64,000 nt of DNA, taken from contig JAFTME010000069.1 in NCBI GenBank assembly GCA_017452545.1, forward strand, positions 31,980-95,979, given 5' to 3'. Positions within the stretch are counted from its first letter, which is position 1. Every line of letters begins with the position of its first letter. The stretch comes from Clostridia bacterium (GTDB lineage: Bacteria; Bacillota; Clostridia; Oscillospirales; CAG-272). Made by a program: the position numbers and the translations under genes. Below the pieces are notes generated by a model. The model made no database searches. It was not told the origin of the DNA and worked only from the letters and a program-made list of their open reading frames with translations. Below, piece by piece: positions 8,926 to 19,473 of this stretch.

Positions 8926-9619
8926 ATACGGAGCCGATCAGCTCGCTGACGGTTACAAAATGAAAGCCACGCTCGATCAGCTGCGGTATCAGCGTACGCA
9001 ACGCCGTTAGCGTTGTGCAGCCGTTGCTGTGATAATCGTGCATCAGAATAATATCTCCGCTGCATATCCGCTCCAGCACGTGCGTACAGATCTCCTCTGA
9101 CGGCGTGTGCGCCCAATCCAGCGTATCGATATTCCATAAAATGATGTCATAATCCCGCTCTCTTGCCAGCGCATATACGTTGCTGTTCCAGTTTCCCTGC
9201 GGCGGTCGGAACAGCTTTGGACTTGTGTCTGTCACTCTTTGTATGATCTCCTCGCATTGCCGAAGCTCTCTGTCAAGATCCGCTCGATCCAGCTTATCCG
9301 GTCGCGCGTGTGAATAGGTGTGGTTTCCGATCTCGTGTCCCGCTTGCGCGACGGCACGTGCCGTATCAGCATAATACAACACGTTTTCTCCTACAAAAAA
9401 GAAGGTTGCACGAATGTCGTATTCCTGCAGAACGGATAAAATTTCCATCGTATAGCGTGGGTGTGGGCCGTCGTCAAAGGTCAAAGCAATCTTATTTCCT
9501 GCGTTTTCATGCGAGTGATAAACCCCAAGCGGCGATGCATGGACGTATGGCGTTGCCCCCTGTAAAATCAAGGTACAGGAAAAAAACAGAAGCCAAAAGC
9601 GAGGTCGGTGCTTATTCAT
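8924..9619 (-). CDS. Polysaccharide deacetylase (NodB-homology) with signal peptide
   Basis: NodB motifs TFDDGP and HEIGNHTYSH. N-terminal signal peptide (FWLLFFSCTLILQGATPYVHA). The ATG at 9619 overlaps the upstream stop as ATGA. Confidence 0.85.
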   Translation of the reverse strand: MNKHRPRFWLLFFSCTLILQGATPYVHASPLGVYHSHENAGNKIALTFDDGPHPRYTMEILSVLQEYDIRATFFFVGENVLYYADTARAVAQAGHEIGNHTYSHARPDKLDRADLDRELRQCEEIIQRVTDTSPKLFRPPQGNWNSNVYALARERDYDIILWNIDTLDWAHTPSEEICTHVLERICSGDIILMHDYHSNGCTTLTALRTLIPQLIERGFHFVTVSELIGSV

Positions 9620-10422
9620 TGCGTCGGACAACCTCCCGTTAAGGTATCCAACGTATCAAAGCGATACCCCATCGTCTTGCATTGCCGTATTACATCCTGT
9701 AAAATTGCTGCGTTGGTTGCTGACGTAGGATGGAGTAAAAGCACGGCACCGTTGTGAATGTTTTCCAAGATCTTGTGTGTTGCCGCTTGCGGGTCGGGCT
9801 GCTTACCGTTATCCCAATCTGCATACGCAAAGCTCCAAAAAATGGTTCGGAACCCCATTTTTTTTGCGCAGGAGAGGTTTTCTCGGCTGAAGCGCCCTTC
9901 CGGTGGTCTGTAATACTTTGCCATGCTGTACCCCGTTTTTTCAAGGCACAGGGATTCAAGCGAGATCACCTCTTTCTCGAATGCAACAGGATCGCTGATT
10001 TTTGACATATCCTTATGATGCGCAGTATGATTGCAAACCAGATGCCCTTCTTCAAACATTCTCAAAACCAGCGCCGTTTCTTTTTCCACGACGTGCTCAA
10101 GAACAAAAAATGCGGCAGGCACCTTTTCTTCCTGAAGAATGTCCAGGATTTTTGCTACGTTTCCGTTTTCATATCCCACGTCAAACGTCAGATACAGCAC
10201 CTTGTTTTCCTCACTCGCCTCATCGCTGCATTTCGGATCCATATAATATCCGTCATACTCCGAAACCCAGGATAAATCCGCTCCGATCGCGGGGCGCCTT
10301 TGATCCCTTGCGTGCACACAATACCAGCTGTATGAGGTGGCAGCGGCTGTTGGAAGAATGCCGAAAATGATTAAAGTTACAACAATGCAACGAAACGCTC
10401 TGCATATTGAATATTTATACAT
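9616..10422 (-). CDS. pdaA: Polysaccharide deacetylase, PdaA-like (delta-lactam-biosynthetic de-N-acetylase family)
   Basis: [13 protein letters not shown]..., [16 protein letters not shown] and LLLHPTS match the PdaA-type pattern. N-terminal TM/signal segment. Confidence 0.75.
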   Translation of the reverse strand: MYKYSICRAFRCIVVTLIIFGILPTAAATSYSWYCVHARDQRRPAIGADLSWVSEYDGYYMDPKCSDEASEENKVLYLTFDVGYENGNVAKILDILQEEKVPAAFFVLEHVVEKETALVLRMFEEGHLVCNHTAHHKDMSKISDPVAFEKEVISLESLCLEKTGYSMAKYYRPPEGRFSRENLSCAKKMGFRTIFWSFAYADWDNGKQPDPQAATHKILENIHNGAVLLLHPTSATNAAILQDVIRQCKTMGYRFDTLDTLTGGCPTQ

Positions 10423-10538
10423 GAATTCACCCCTTTCATACTTATCATCCCCAAATCAAAGAAATATAACGATCAAAACTGTGACATATGGCATAGAAAA
10501 GCTTGGCTTTGATGGAATAAGTTTGTTACATTTACCGC

Positions 10539-10567
10539 TTGAAAAATGTATATTTATGCTATATAAT
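10539..10567 (+). promoter_or_regulatory. Sigma-A-type promoter of argG
   Basis: TTGAAA (10539-10544), 17-nt spacer, TATAAT (10562-10567), about 50 nt upstream of the argG start. Confidence 0.5.
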
Positions 10568-10618
10568 ATTACCGTTATATTTATTGAAATTCTGTTTGAT
10601 CAGAAAGGATATCTTATC

Positions 10619-11851
10619 ATGAAAAAGGAAATCAAAAAAATCGTTTTGGCATATTCCGGAGGTTTGGATACCTCTATTATCATTCCGTGGCTCAAGGAAA
10701 ACTACCCCGGATGTGAGGTCATTGCCGTTTCCGGCGATGTCGGTCAGGGTACCGAGCTTGACGGCCTGGAGGAAAAGGCGCTCAAGACCGGTGCTTCCAA
10801 GCTGTACATCGAGCACCTGCAGAAGGATTACGTTGAGAATTACATCTGGCCTTGCCTGAAGGCAGGTGCAAAGTATGAGGATTATCTGCTGGGCACCTCT
10901 CACGCACGTCCTTGCATCGCAAAAAGATTGGTTGAGATCGCTCTTGCAGAGGGGGCTGACGCCATCTGCCACGGCTGCACCGGTAAGGGTAACGACCAGG
11001 TTCGCTTCGAGCTGACCATCAAGGCGTTTGCTCCCAATATGACCATCATTGCTCCTTGGCGCGTATGGGATATCAAGTCCCGTGACGAGGAGATCGACTA
11101 CGCCGAGGCACACAACATTCCGCTTAAGATCAGCCGCGAGACCAACTATTCCAAAGATAAGAACATCTGGCATCTGTCTCATGAGGGTCTGGATCTCGAA
11201 AGCCCCGCCAATGAGCCCGATTATCAGAAGGAAGGTTTCCTTGAGCTTGGCGTTTCCCCCGAGCAGGCGCCCAATACGCCTACCTACGTCACCATCCACT
11301 TTGAAAAGGGTGTTCCTACCGCTCTCGACGGTAAGGAAATGGAATCTGTTGCACTGGTTGAAGAGCTCAACCGCATCGGTGGCGCCAACGGCGTCGGTAT
11401 TCTTGACATCGTTGAAAACAGACTGGTCGGTATGAAGAGCCGTGGCGTATACGAAACGCCCGCAGGCACCATTCTCTATCACGCACACGACGTTCTTGAG
11501 ACCATTACGCTGGATAAGGAAACCTCGCACTTCAAGGCAATCGTCGCACAAAAGATGGGCGAGCTTGTTTACAACGGACAGTGGTTCACGCCTCTGCGTG
11601 ATGCGATCTGCGCTTTCGTTGATCAGACGCAGGAAACCGTTACCGGTGACGTTCGTCTGAAGCTCTATAAGGGGAACATCATCAATGCCGGTGTGACCTC
11701 TCCCTATACGCTCTATGATGAGCAGACTGCTTCCTTCGGCGAGGACGAGGATTACAACCAGGCAGACAGCGCAGGCTTTATCAATCTGTACGGACTTCCC
11801 ATCAAGGTTCGCGCAAAGCTGGATGCTCAGAGAAAGAACGGCGCAAACTGA
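10619..11851 (+). CDS. argG: Argininosuccinate synthase
   Basis: The true start is [19 protein letters not shown] (N-type ATP-PPase motif). The 94-codon upstream extension in the ORF track is spurious. Confidence 0.95.
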   Translation: MKKEIKKIVLAYSGGLDTSIIIPWLKENYPGCEVIAVSGDVGQGTELDGLEEKALKTGASKLYIEHLQKDYVENYIWPCLKAGAKYEDYLLGTSHARPCIAKRLVEIALAEGADAICHGCTGKGNDQVRFELTIKAFAPNMTIIAPWRVWDIKSRDEEIDYAEAHNIPLKISRETNYSKDKNIWHLSHEGLDLESPANEPDYQKEGFLELGVSPEQAPNTPTYVTIHFEKGVPTALDGKEMESVALVEELNRIGGANGVGILDIVENRLVGMKSRGVYETPAGTILYHAHDVLETITLDKETSHFKAIVAQKMGELVYNGQWFTPLRDAICAFVDQTQETVTGDVRLKLYKGNIINAGVTSPYTLYDEQTASFGEDEDYNQADSAGFINLYGLPIKVRAKLDAQRKNGAN

Positions 11852-11890
11852 TTCGCTTCTGACTGATAACCATAAGATGCTCCTCCCCGC

Positions 11891-11921
11891 CGGCCTTGGC
11901 TGCGGGGAGGATGCCTGTATC
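11891..11921 (+). other. GC-rich intercistronic stem-loop between argG and argH
   Basis: TCCTCCCCGC (11891-11900) pairs with GCGGGGAGGA (11912-11921), an 11-nt loop. No adjacent U-tract. Confidence 0.4.
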
Positions 11922-11952
11922 TAACTATTTTTGATATAAAGGAATTACCGTT

Positions 11953-13338
11953 ATGAAAATGTGGGAAGGACGCTTTTCTAAAGCGCTCAACAGCCGTGTC
12001 AACGATTTTAACTCCTCCATTCGCTTTGACTGCCGTATGTACCGCGAGGATATTACGGGCTCGATCGCGCATGCCACTATGCTTGGCAAATGCGGTATCA
12101 TCGAGCAGAGTGAGGCGGATCTGATCTGTAAAACCCTCGGAGAGATTCTTGCAGACATAGAGTCCGGCGTTCTGTCATTTGATCCCGAGGCTGAGGATAT
12201 TCATATGTTTGTGGAAAGCGTTCTGACCGAACGCATTGGCGATACCGGCAAGCGTTTGCACACCTCGCGCAGCCGTAACGATCAGGTCGCTCTTGACATT
12301 CATATGTATTTGAAGAGAGAGATCCTTGAGCTGCGTGCGCTGGTGCTCCGCCTGCTGCAGACCATCGCAGATAAAGCACAGCAGCATACTGACACCGTTA
12401 TGCCGGGATACACGCATTTGCAGCGTGCACAGCCGCTGACGTGGGGCCATTATCTGATGGCGTACGCCCAGATGTTTCGCCGCGATCTTGTTCGCCTCAA
12501 CGAGGTCTACGAGCATACGGATGTGATGCCGCTCGGATCCTGTGCGCTGGCCGGTACTACCTATCCCATCGACAGACGCATGGTTGCGGATCTGCTTGGC
12601 TTTGCGGAAATTACCGAAAACAGCATGGATGGTGTATCCGACCGTGATTTCGTTATCGAGCTTGCCTCCGCGCTCTCTCTGTGCATGATGCATCTGAGCC
12701 GCTTTTCCGAGGAAATGATCCTCTGGTGCTCCAGCGAATTCTCCTTTGTAGAGCTGGATGATGCATTCTCTACCGGCTCCTCGATCATGCCGCAAAAGAA
12801 AAACCCAGATATTGCCGAGCTGGTGCGTGGCAAAACGGGGCGCGTATACGGTGATCTGACGACGCTGCTTACTATGATGAAGGGGCTTCCTCTCGCTTAC
12901 AATAAGGATATGCAGGAGGATAAGGAAGCCATTTTTGATGCACTGGACAACACCAAAATGTGCCTTGAGCTGTTTGAAGCCATGCTGCGAACCTGCACCG
13001 CTCGTCCCGAGCAAATGCGCCGAGCAGCCGCTAAGGGCTTTATCAATGCCACCGACTGTGCCGATTATCTGGTTCGTCGCGGTCTTCCCTTCCGTACTGC
13101 TTATAAAATCGTAGGTCAGCTCGTTGCGTATTGTATAGCCAACGACAAAACGCTGGAGACGTTGACGCTGGATGAATATCACAGCATCAGCGATGCGTTT
13201 GAGCAAGGTGTTTATGCCGCGATCGATATGAACACCTGTGTCGCTAACCGCACGGTCTACGGTGGTCCCTGTGCCGCATCCGTGGAGCGCCAGATCCAAA
13301 GCATCCGCTCGTTTATTGAAGCGGAGCAGACGCGCTGA
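11953..13338 (+). CDS. argH: Argininosuccinate lyase
   Basis: Fumarate-lyase signature GSSIMPQKKNPD. N-terminus MKMWEGRF is typical of ArgH. Confidence 0.95.
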   Translation: MKMWEGRFSKALNSRVNDFNSSIRFDCRMYREDITGSIAHATMLGKCGIIEQSEADLICKTLGEILADIESGVLSFDPEAEDIHMFVESVLTERIGDTGKRLHTSRSRNDQVALDIHMYLKREILELRALVLRLLQTIADKAQQHTDTVMPGYTHLQRAQPLTWGHYLMAYAQMFRRDLVRLNEVYEHTDVMPLGSCALAGTTYPIDRRMVADLLGFAEITENSMDGVSDRDFVIELASALSLCMMHLSRFSEEMILWCSSEFSFVELDDAFSTGSSIMPQKKNPDIAELVRGKTGRVYGDLTTLLTMMKGLPLAYNKDMQEDKEAIFDALDNTKMCLELFEAMLRTCTARPEQMRRAAAKGFINATDCADYLVRRGLPFRTAYKIVGQLVAYCIANDKTLETLTLDEYHSISDAFEQGVYAAIDMNTCVANRTVYGGPCAASVERQIQSIRSFIEAEQTR

Positions 13339-13374
13339 TCTCGGTTTTCACACGTTTTCAAATTAAAAACAAAT

Positions 13375-13411
13375 AAGGATGGTATTCTCACGGGAACCAT
13401 CCTTATCTTTT
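13375..13411 (+). terminator. Intrinsic terminator after argH
   Basis: AAGGATGGT ... ACCATCCTT stem followed by ATCTTTT. Confidence 0.65.
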
Positions 13412-13511
13412 GCGCGAAATTCAAGTTTATTTCTATATTAGTCATACTTTGTTCAAAATTTCATCACAACCTATCGGTATAATAAAAGCGTTGCTGGAAG
13501 GAGGTGCCCTT

Positions 13512-14246
13512 TTGAAAGAGAATACCTTTTGCCGCAGGGAAAAGAAGTTGCTTGTTGACAGCCAACTGATCCCCGTGCTCAAGCAAGAGTTCCTTCGATA
13601 CATGAGACCCGACAAGCACAACAAGGATGGCTTACCCTACGTCATTTCTAATTTGTACTTTGACAACGATTGTGACGACTCCATCCGCCACTCCATATCC
13701 AAGCCCCCATTTAAGGAAAAGCTTCGCTTGCGCGTTTACGGTCTCTCTCCGACCAAGGATTCCGAGGCGTTTATTGAACTGAAGAAAAAGCTCAATCGCG
13801 TAGGCACCAAGCGACGCGCTGTTCTGACGCTTGGACAAGCTGAGGAGTATATTGCCACAGGGCGACACCCCGAAGGCTTATCCTATCTTGACGAACAGGT
13901 GCTGCGAGAGATCGACTATTATCTCAGCGTTACCAACGCCGCACCGAAGGTTTATATCAGCTACCAGCGCAATGCCTATTTCGGTATGGAGGATCCTTCC
14001 CTGCGCATTACCATCGATCAGGATATACTGACGAGAAGGGATAACCTCGTGCTCGATGGCGAACGCTATGGCACTCCCCTGCTCCCCGAGGGAAAAACAC
14101 TGCTTGAGATCAAATTCACGGGCGCACTTCCCCTTTGGATGGCAAATCTTATGAGTGAATATCATCTGACCTTCGGTTCGTTTTCGAAATATGGCACCGA
14201 ATATAAGCATTTTTTGTGGGATACCCATCAAATTCCCTATGTATGA
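13512..14246 (+). CDS. VTC-domain (polyphosphate polymerase-like, CYTH-like) protein
   Basis: TTG start with a GGAGGTG RBS 6 nt upstream. The sequence pattern (ISNLYFDN, KEKLRLRVYG, FIELKKK, RITIDQD) matches the bacterial VTC domain family, judged from memory. Confidence 0.75.
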   Translation: MKENTFCRREKKLLVDSQLIPVLKQEFLRYMRPDKHNKDGLPYVISNLYFDNDCDDSIRHSISKPPFKEKLRLRVYGLSPTKDSEAFIELKKKLNRVGTKRRAVLTLGQAEEYIATGRHPEGLSYLDEQVLREIDYYLSVTNAAPKVYISYQRNAYFGMEDPSLRITIDQDILTRRDNLVLDGERYGTPLLPEGKTLLEIKFTGALPLWMANLMSEYHLTFGSFSKYGTEYKHFLWDTHQIPYV

Positions 14247-14260
14247 AAGGATAACATGAC

Positions 14261-14941
14261 ATGAATACAGTATTGGACATTTTAGATTTGACCGAGCTTA
14301 CCGTGGGTGAAGCACTGCTACTGCTGCTCTCCTCGGTGGGACTCTCACTTCTGATTACGCTTGTTTATATGTTCACTCACCGCAAGTCGGTGATCAAGCC
14401 CGCAGTTCTTATGACGATTATTATTCTGGGTCCCATTGCCGGCGTTCTCTTCCTGGTCGTTGGTAACAACCTTGCCCGTGCTGTCAGTCTCGGTGGCGGT
14501 ATTGCATTGATCCGTTTCCGCTCCACACTGAATGACCCGCGTGATCTGGCATACTTGCTTCTCTCTATGGTCATCGGTATTACTTGCGGTTCCGGTCTGC
14601 TGACCTATGCAGTGCTTGTTACCGTTGTGGTTTCTCTTGTTCTTATTGTCGCACATCTCGTACATCTCGATGGTGCCCGCGGAAGACTGATGAAGCTCCG
14701 CATCATTATTCCCGAGAACATGGATTATTACGGTGTATTCGATCCTATTCTCAAGGAGCATTGCGCAAGCTTCCATCTGGAATCGGTACGCAGTACAGAA
14801 TACGGCACGCTGCTTGAGCTTCGCTTCCTGGTCAAGATCAATGATCCTGCCAAGCAAAAGGAGCTGATCGATGCCATTCGTTGCCGCAACGGTAACTTGA
14901 CCATCTCGCTCTCCGAGCGTGCTGCAGAGGATTACGTTTAA
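14261..14941 (+). CDS. DUF4956-domain membrane protein
   Basis: N-terminal TM segments plus a soluble C-terminal domain. This is the usual partner of bacterial VTC-domain genes. It starts 14 nt after the VTC stop. Confidence 0.75.
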   Translation: MNTVLDILDLTELTVGEALLLLLSSVGLSLLITLVYMFTHRKSVIKPAVLMTIIILGPIAGVLFLVVGNNLARAVSLGGGIALIRFRSTLNDPRDLAYLLLSMVIGITCGSGLLTYAVLVTVVVSLVLIVAHLVHLDGARGRLMKLRIIIPENMDYYGVFDPILKEHCASFHLESVRSTEYGTLLELRFLVKINDPAKQKELIDAIRCRNGNLTISLSERAAEDYV

Positions 14942-14963
14942 TTACAACCATAAACGCGAACGA

Positions 14964-14985
14964 CCACCACGAAAAATCGTGGTGG
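14964..14985. terminator. Hairpin between convergent DUF4956 gene and polC
   Basis: CCACCACGA-AAAA-TCGTGGTGG, followed by a T-rich stretch on the + strand. Confidence 0.55.
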
Positions 14986-15003
14986 CCGTTTTATATATAG
15001 AGA

Positions 15004-18000
15004 TTACAGGAAGCTGAACAGAGTCATCTGATCCGTTTCGTCGATGTTATCCAGTACGTTGTTACGGCGAAGAATTTCAATGACAGCCTTAGTCAGCTTG
15101 GCGCGGATCTGCAGATCCTCGACCGAGAAGAAGGGCTCCTCGGTGCGCGCCTTTTCAATGTTCTCTGCCGCCGTATCGCCAAGACCCGGCAAGGACGAGA
15201 ACGGCAGTCGGATGGCACGGTCACCCTCGGGACGATAACAATGTGCCTCGGATTTATTGATATCAATGGGAAGGAACTTAATGCCTCTTGCATATGCCTC
15301 CATGACCAACTGGAAGGTCGAGATCGAGCTTTGCTCCTTGGGAGAAGCCTCTTTTCCTCGCTTCTCAACGTCCTTGATATAATTCTCGACGTATTTCTTT
15401 CCGCGAAGAACAATCTCGGCGTCAAAACCGTTGGGAGCTACGGTAAACATGGCTGCATAGAAAACCGTAGGCATATAGATCTTATACCAGCCAAGACGAA
15501 TGGCAGACATAACATAAGCAGCTGCATGTGCCTTGGGGAACATATACTTGATCTTTTTACACGATCCGATGTACCATTCGGGTACGTCATGCGCGCGCAT
15601 TTCCGCCTCCCACTCGGGTGTCAGCCCCTTACCCTTTCGGACGCTTTCCATGATCTTGAAGGACATGGCATTATCAAGTCCGTAGCGGATCAAGTCAAGC
15701 ATGATACCGTCACGGCATCCGATAACCTTGGAAATATCACAAATACCTTCCTTGATCAGATCCTGTGCATTTCCGAGCCAAACGTCCGTGCCGTGTGTCA
15801 GACCGGAGATCTGAAGAAGGTCAGCGAAGTTTTTAGGCTTTGCATCAATCAGAACCTGCTGCAAAAAGCGAGTACCCATCTCGGGGATTCCCCAGGTACC
15901 AACCTGGCAGCCGCCAATATCATCAGGAGAAATACCGAGCGGAGCGGTCGACTGGAACAGCTCGTAAATAGAAGCATCGTTCATTTTAACGTCCATTACG
16001 CTCGTACCGGAGTAACGCTCCAGCCACTTGTATTTGGTTGGCATATCGTGTCCAAGCTCGTCCAGCTTAAGCAGCGTATCATGCAGATACTCAAAGGTAA
16101 AGTGCGTGGTGACGATGTCGGATTTTGGGTCGTCCGCAGGATGCTGTACAGGACAGAAATCATAGATTTCGTATTCTTTGGGAACAACGACGATACCGCC
16201 GGGATGCTGACCGGTGGTACGCTTGACGCCCACGCAGCAGGAAACCAGACGGTTCATTTCGGAGCGGCTGAGCGATACGCCCTTTTCCTCCAGGTACTTG
16301 AGGATAAAGCCGTACGCCGTTTTATCCGCAACCTCTCCGATGGTACCGGCACGGAAGACGTTTTCCGCACCGAACAGCTCCTCAGTGTATTTATGGACCT
16401 TTCCCTGTACCTCGCCCGAGAAGTTCAGGTCAATATCGGGAGATTTATCACCGTAAAAGCCGAGGAAGGTTTCAAACGGGATATCATGTCCGTCGCCGAC
16501 CAGCTTGGTGCCACACTTAGGGCAGTTCGCGTCGGGCAAATCGAAGCCGGAACCGACGCTGCCGTCGGTAAAGAACTCGGAATGCTTACAATTGGGGCAA
16601 TAATAATGCGGCGGAAGCGGATTGACCTCGGAAATTCCCGCGCACGAGGCGACAAAGGAAGAACCGACCGAGCCACGCGAGCCTACAAGATAGCCTTGAC
16701 TTTCGCTATACCAAACCAGCTTTTGCGCAATCATATAAAGAACGGCAAAGCCGTTTTTAATGATGGACGTCAGCTCCTTTTCCAGGCGCTTGCCGACAAT
16801 TTCGGGCAACGGCTTGCCGTATTGACCCTCGGCATGCTCGTAGCAGATGCGCTGCAGATCCTCCTCGGCACCGTCCATGTGCGGTGTGAAGGTTCCCTTG
16901 GGGAACGGACGAATATCGCTCTCGATCATATCCGCGATCATGTTGGTGTTGGTCACGACGACCTCGTAAGCCTTTTCCTCGCCAAGGTAGGAGAATTCCT
17001 CCAGCATTTCCTCGGTCGTGCGGAGATACAAGCCGATGTCTCTGTCCGCATCCTTGAATTTCATACCGGCAAGCAGAATCTTTCTGCCGACCTCATCCTC
17101 GCGGTTGAGAAAGTGTGCGTCGCAGGTGGCTACGACCGGCTTACCGTACCGCTCACCGAGTGCGACGATGCGGCGGTTGAGATCGCGCAGCCCCTCGTCA
17201 TCCGCAATTTTCCCCTCCGCAACCAAAAAACGGTTGTTGCAAATGGGTTGGATTTCAAGATAGTCATAGAAATTGACCAGATCCTCGATGACCGCCTCGG
17301 GCTTGTTGTCCAGAATGGCCTGTACCAGCTCGCCCGATTCACAGGCAGAGCCTATGATCAGACCCTCACGGTACTTCTCAAGCTCGGTTTTGGGTATTCT
17401 CGGCTGACGGTGATAGTAATTGAGATAACTGAAGGAGACCAGACGATAAAGATTTTTCAAGCCAACCTTGTTTTTTACCAGCAGAACCTGGTGATAGGTC
17501 TTGAGCTTAAGCGGATTGGCATTGGCGAGCATTTCGCGCTGGAGTGCCGCATAGTCATGCAGTTCGCTTTCCTTCATTTTGTTGACCATGCAGAAGAAGA
17601 TCTGTGCAAGCATGTCGGCGTCATCGCAGGCACGGTGGTGATTAAAATCGCCAAGACCGTAATATTTGGCAACAACGTCCAGCTTATGAGATTTCAGATC
17701 GGGATTGATAAAGCGGGACAGCGCGACGGTATCCAGATATGCGTTCGGGAACGGCAGCCCACACAGCTCGGCATTGTAACGGATAAATCCAACGTCGAAT
17801 TCGGCATTGTGTGCGATCAGAAGCTTAGGCTGCTTGCCCTCTTCGTTGCCGATAAACGCGAAAAATGCCTCCAGCGCCTGCTTGACCTTGGGTGCATCGG
17901 CTACCATTTCATCGGTAATAGAGGTCAGCTTTACGATATCCTCGGGGATCGGAACCTCGGGGTTGACAAAGGTGTTAAAGCTATCAATGACCGCACCGTT

Positions 18001-19473
18001 TTTGATACGAACCGCTCCGATCTCGGTAATTTTGCAGGTTCGGTTGGAAAGACCGGTGGTTTCGATGTCAAAAACGATGCATTCATCGTCAAAGGCGCCC
18101 TCGTATCTGCCAAACAGAGCGCTCGCCTTGTCATCGACGAAATACCCCTCCATACCGTAGATCACCTTCTGCCCCAGCTTTTCCGATGCCAGCATCGCCT
18201 TCTGATAAGCCTGTACGTTGCCGTGGTCGGTAATGGCGATAGCAGGCATTCCCCATGCATTGGCGGTCTTAACGACGGTATCCGGTGGGATCAGCGCGTC
18301 CATAGAGGACATCGTCGTATGAAGATGCAGCTCCACGCGCTTGACGGGAGCGTTATCGACGCGCTTGATCTTTTTGATTTTCATCGCAGCACTGTAGAAA
18401 AAGGAGAAGTCAAGATCAAGTCCATTTTTATGCGATTCTTTTTTTATGTAGCCGTAGAGCGCGACAGACATTCCGTCCTTGATCGTATCACCGAGCTCCT
18501 TTGCTTCCTCCGGTGTCAGTCCGTACTTTTTGACCTCAATGGAGGAATTTCCGTCAAACACAGAGAAAACAACGTTATACTTATCGCCGGAGCGCGTGGT
18601 ATCGGCGGTATAGCCGAACACGTCACCGACGATGACAAGTCCGCGCTGCGCCACATTGAAGGAGGCGATAACCGCAGGCGTGCCAATTTCAAAGGCGTCG
18701 CCGATCAGTACCTCGGGCTCCCGAAGATCAAATTTAGAAAAGCCAATGGTGCAAATTCCGTCCTCAACGACGGCTTGCGGCGGCGTTTCGGTATAAATGG
18801 AAGAGATACGAGGCAAGACCTGCTTGTCATCCCCTCCGCTCTCGCCGCCATCCCTTGCGTAATCCGGATTGGCGCGACGCGTTTCCATCATGCGGTTGTA
18901 TTCCACCTCGGCCTTGGCGATCTGCTGATCGATCGTTTCCAAGCGACGGTTGCGGCTTTCCTCTACGGTGTTGCGGTAGAGCTGCTGGCTGTGCTTGATC
19001 TCAACATGGCACTGCAGACCGAATTCGCTGAAAATAATCCTCTCAATGACCTGCGGTGTCTGTCCGTTTTCCATCAGACGAATACCGCCGTCCACCTCAA
19101 ATGGAACCTCGATCACCAGCGATCGCTCATTCAGCGTCGCTTTATACTGTGCAAAAAAGCCGCGCGCGACAATGCCGATGCGCTCGGTTTCTTTGAGAAT
19201 TTGCGGAATATACTCCTGCGTAAACAGAGTTTGCGGATAATGAGGCAGTATTTTGACATACTGCAGGTCGTACGCACGGCAGATCTCCTCCTCGATGGTG
19301 TAAAGATCGTCCTTATCTACAAGCGAAGGAAAGCTTGCACAAATTTCAAGGAGGCGCTTTTCCTTATCCGCACGCACGGAAAAATCGGTCACATTGCTCA
19401 AAATGCCGTCAGCATATGCGCTCGGCTGATATTTTTTCAGTATTTCAAATATAGATCTTTGGTTTTCTTGCAT
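15004..19473 (-). CDS. polC: DNA polymerase III alpha subunit, PolC type
   Basis: 1489 aa. PHP domain (VELHLHTTMSSMDA), inserted DEDDh exonuclease (FDIETTG, HNAEFD, HRACDDA), Zn finger (CPNC...CPKCG) and polymerase core. Confidence 0.97.
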   Translation of the reverse strand: MQENQRSIFEILKKYQPSAYADGILSNVTDFSVRADKEKRLLEICASFPSLVDKDDLYTIEEEICRAYDLQYVKILPHYPQTLFTQEYIPQILKETERIGIVARGFFAQYKATLNERSLVIEVPFEVDGGIRLMENGQTPQVIERIIFSEFGLQCHVEIKHSQQLYRNTVEESRNRRLETIDQQIAKAEVEYNRMMETRRANPDYARDGGESGGDDKQVLPRISSIYTETPPQAVVEDGICTIGFSKFDLREPEVLIGDAFEIGTPAVIASFNVAQRGLVIVGDVFGYTADTTRSGDKYNVVFSVFDGNSSIEVKKYGLTPEEAKELGDTIKDGMSVALYGYIKKESHKNGLDLDFSFFYSAAMKIKKIKRVDNAPVKRVELHLHTTMSSMDALIPPDTVVKTANAWGMPAIAITDHGNVQAYQKAMLASEKLGQKVIYGMEGYFVDDKASALFGRYEGAFDDECIVFDIETTGLSNRTCKITEIGAVRIKNGAVIDSFNTFVNPEVPIPEDIVKLTSITDEMVADAPKVKQALEAFFAFIGNEEGKQPKLLIAHNAEFDVGFIRYNAELCGLPFPNAYLDTVALSRFINPDLKSHKLDVVAKYYGLGDFNHHRACDDADMLAQIFFCMVNKMKESELHDYAALQREMLANANPLKLKTYHQVLLVKNKVGLKNLYRLVSFSYLNYYHRQPRIPKTELEKYREGLIIGSACESGELVQAILDNKPEAVIEDLVNFYDYLEIQPICNNRFLVAEGKIADDEGLRDLNRRIVALGERYGKPVVATCDAHFLNREDEVGRKILLAGMKFKDADRDIGLYLRTTEEMLEEFSYLGEEKAYEVVVTNTNMIADMIESDIRPFPKGTFTPHMDGAEEDLQRICYEHAEGQYGKPLPEIVGKRLEKELTSIIKNGFAVLYMIAQKLVWYSESQGYLVGSRGSVGSSFVASCAGISEVNPLPPHYYCPNCKHSEFFTDGSVGSGFDLPDANCPKCGTKLVGDGHDIPFETFLGFYGDKSPDIDLNFSGEVQGKVHKYTEELFGAENVFRAGTIGEVADKTAYGFILKYLEEKGVSLSRSEMNRLVSCCVGVKRTTGQHPGGIVVVPKEYEIYDFCPVQHPADDPKSDIVTTHFTFEYLHDTLLKLDELGHDMPTKYKWLERYSGTSVMDVKMNDASIYELFQSTAPLGISPDDIGGCQVGTWGIPEMGTRFLQQVLIDAKPKNFADLLQISGLTHGTDVWLGNAQDLIKEGICDISKVIGCRDGIMLDLIRYGLDNAMSFKIMESVRKGKGLTPEWEAEMRAHDVPEWYIGSCKKIKYMFPKAHAAAYVMSAIRLGWYKIYMPTVFYAAMFTVAPNGFDAEIVLRGKKYVENYIKDVEKRGKEASPKEQSSISTFQLVMEAYARGIKFLPIDINKSEAHCYRPEGDRAIRLPFSSLPGLGDTAAENIEKARTEEPFFSVEDLQIRAKLTKAVIEILRRNNVLDNIDETDQMTLFSFL

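Noticed and set aside
10545-10561. Possible ArgR/AhrC operator (ARG box) in the argG promoter spacer (AATGTATATTTATGCTA).
   Set aside because: It is AT-rich, and on the reverse strand it matches the TGAATAAAAATTCA-type consensus at only about 10 of 14 positions by eye. That cannot be distinguished from ordinary promoter AT-richness without a motif scan or comparative data.
10337-10618. Long 5' extensions of real genes in the ORF track: argG from 10337, guaB to 55497, rpsB to 28153, polA to 61758, the HAD hydrolase from 57687, the lipoprotein from 41028 and spoVB from 62193.
   Set aside because: In each case the conserved protein N-terminus starts at an internal start codon with a proper Shine-Dalgarno sequence. 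The extensions run through promoter or intergenic sequence or through the neighbouring gene.
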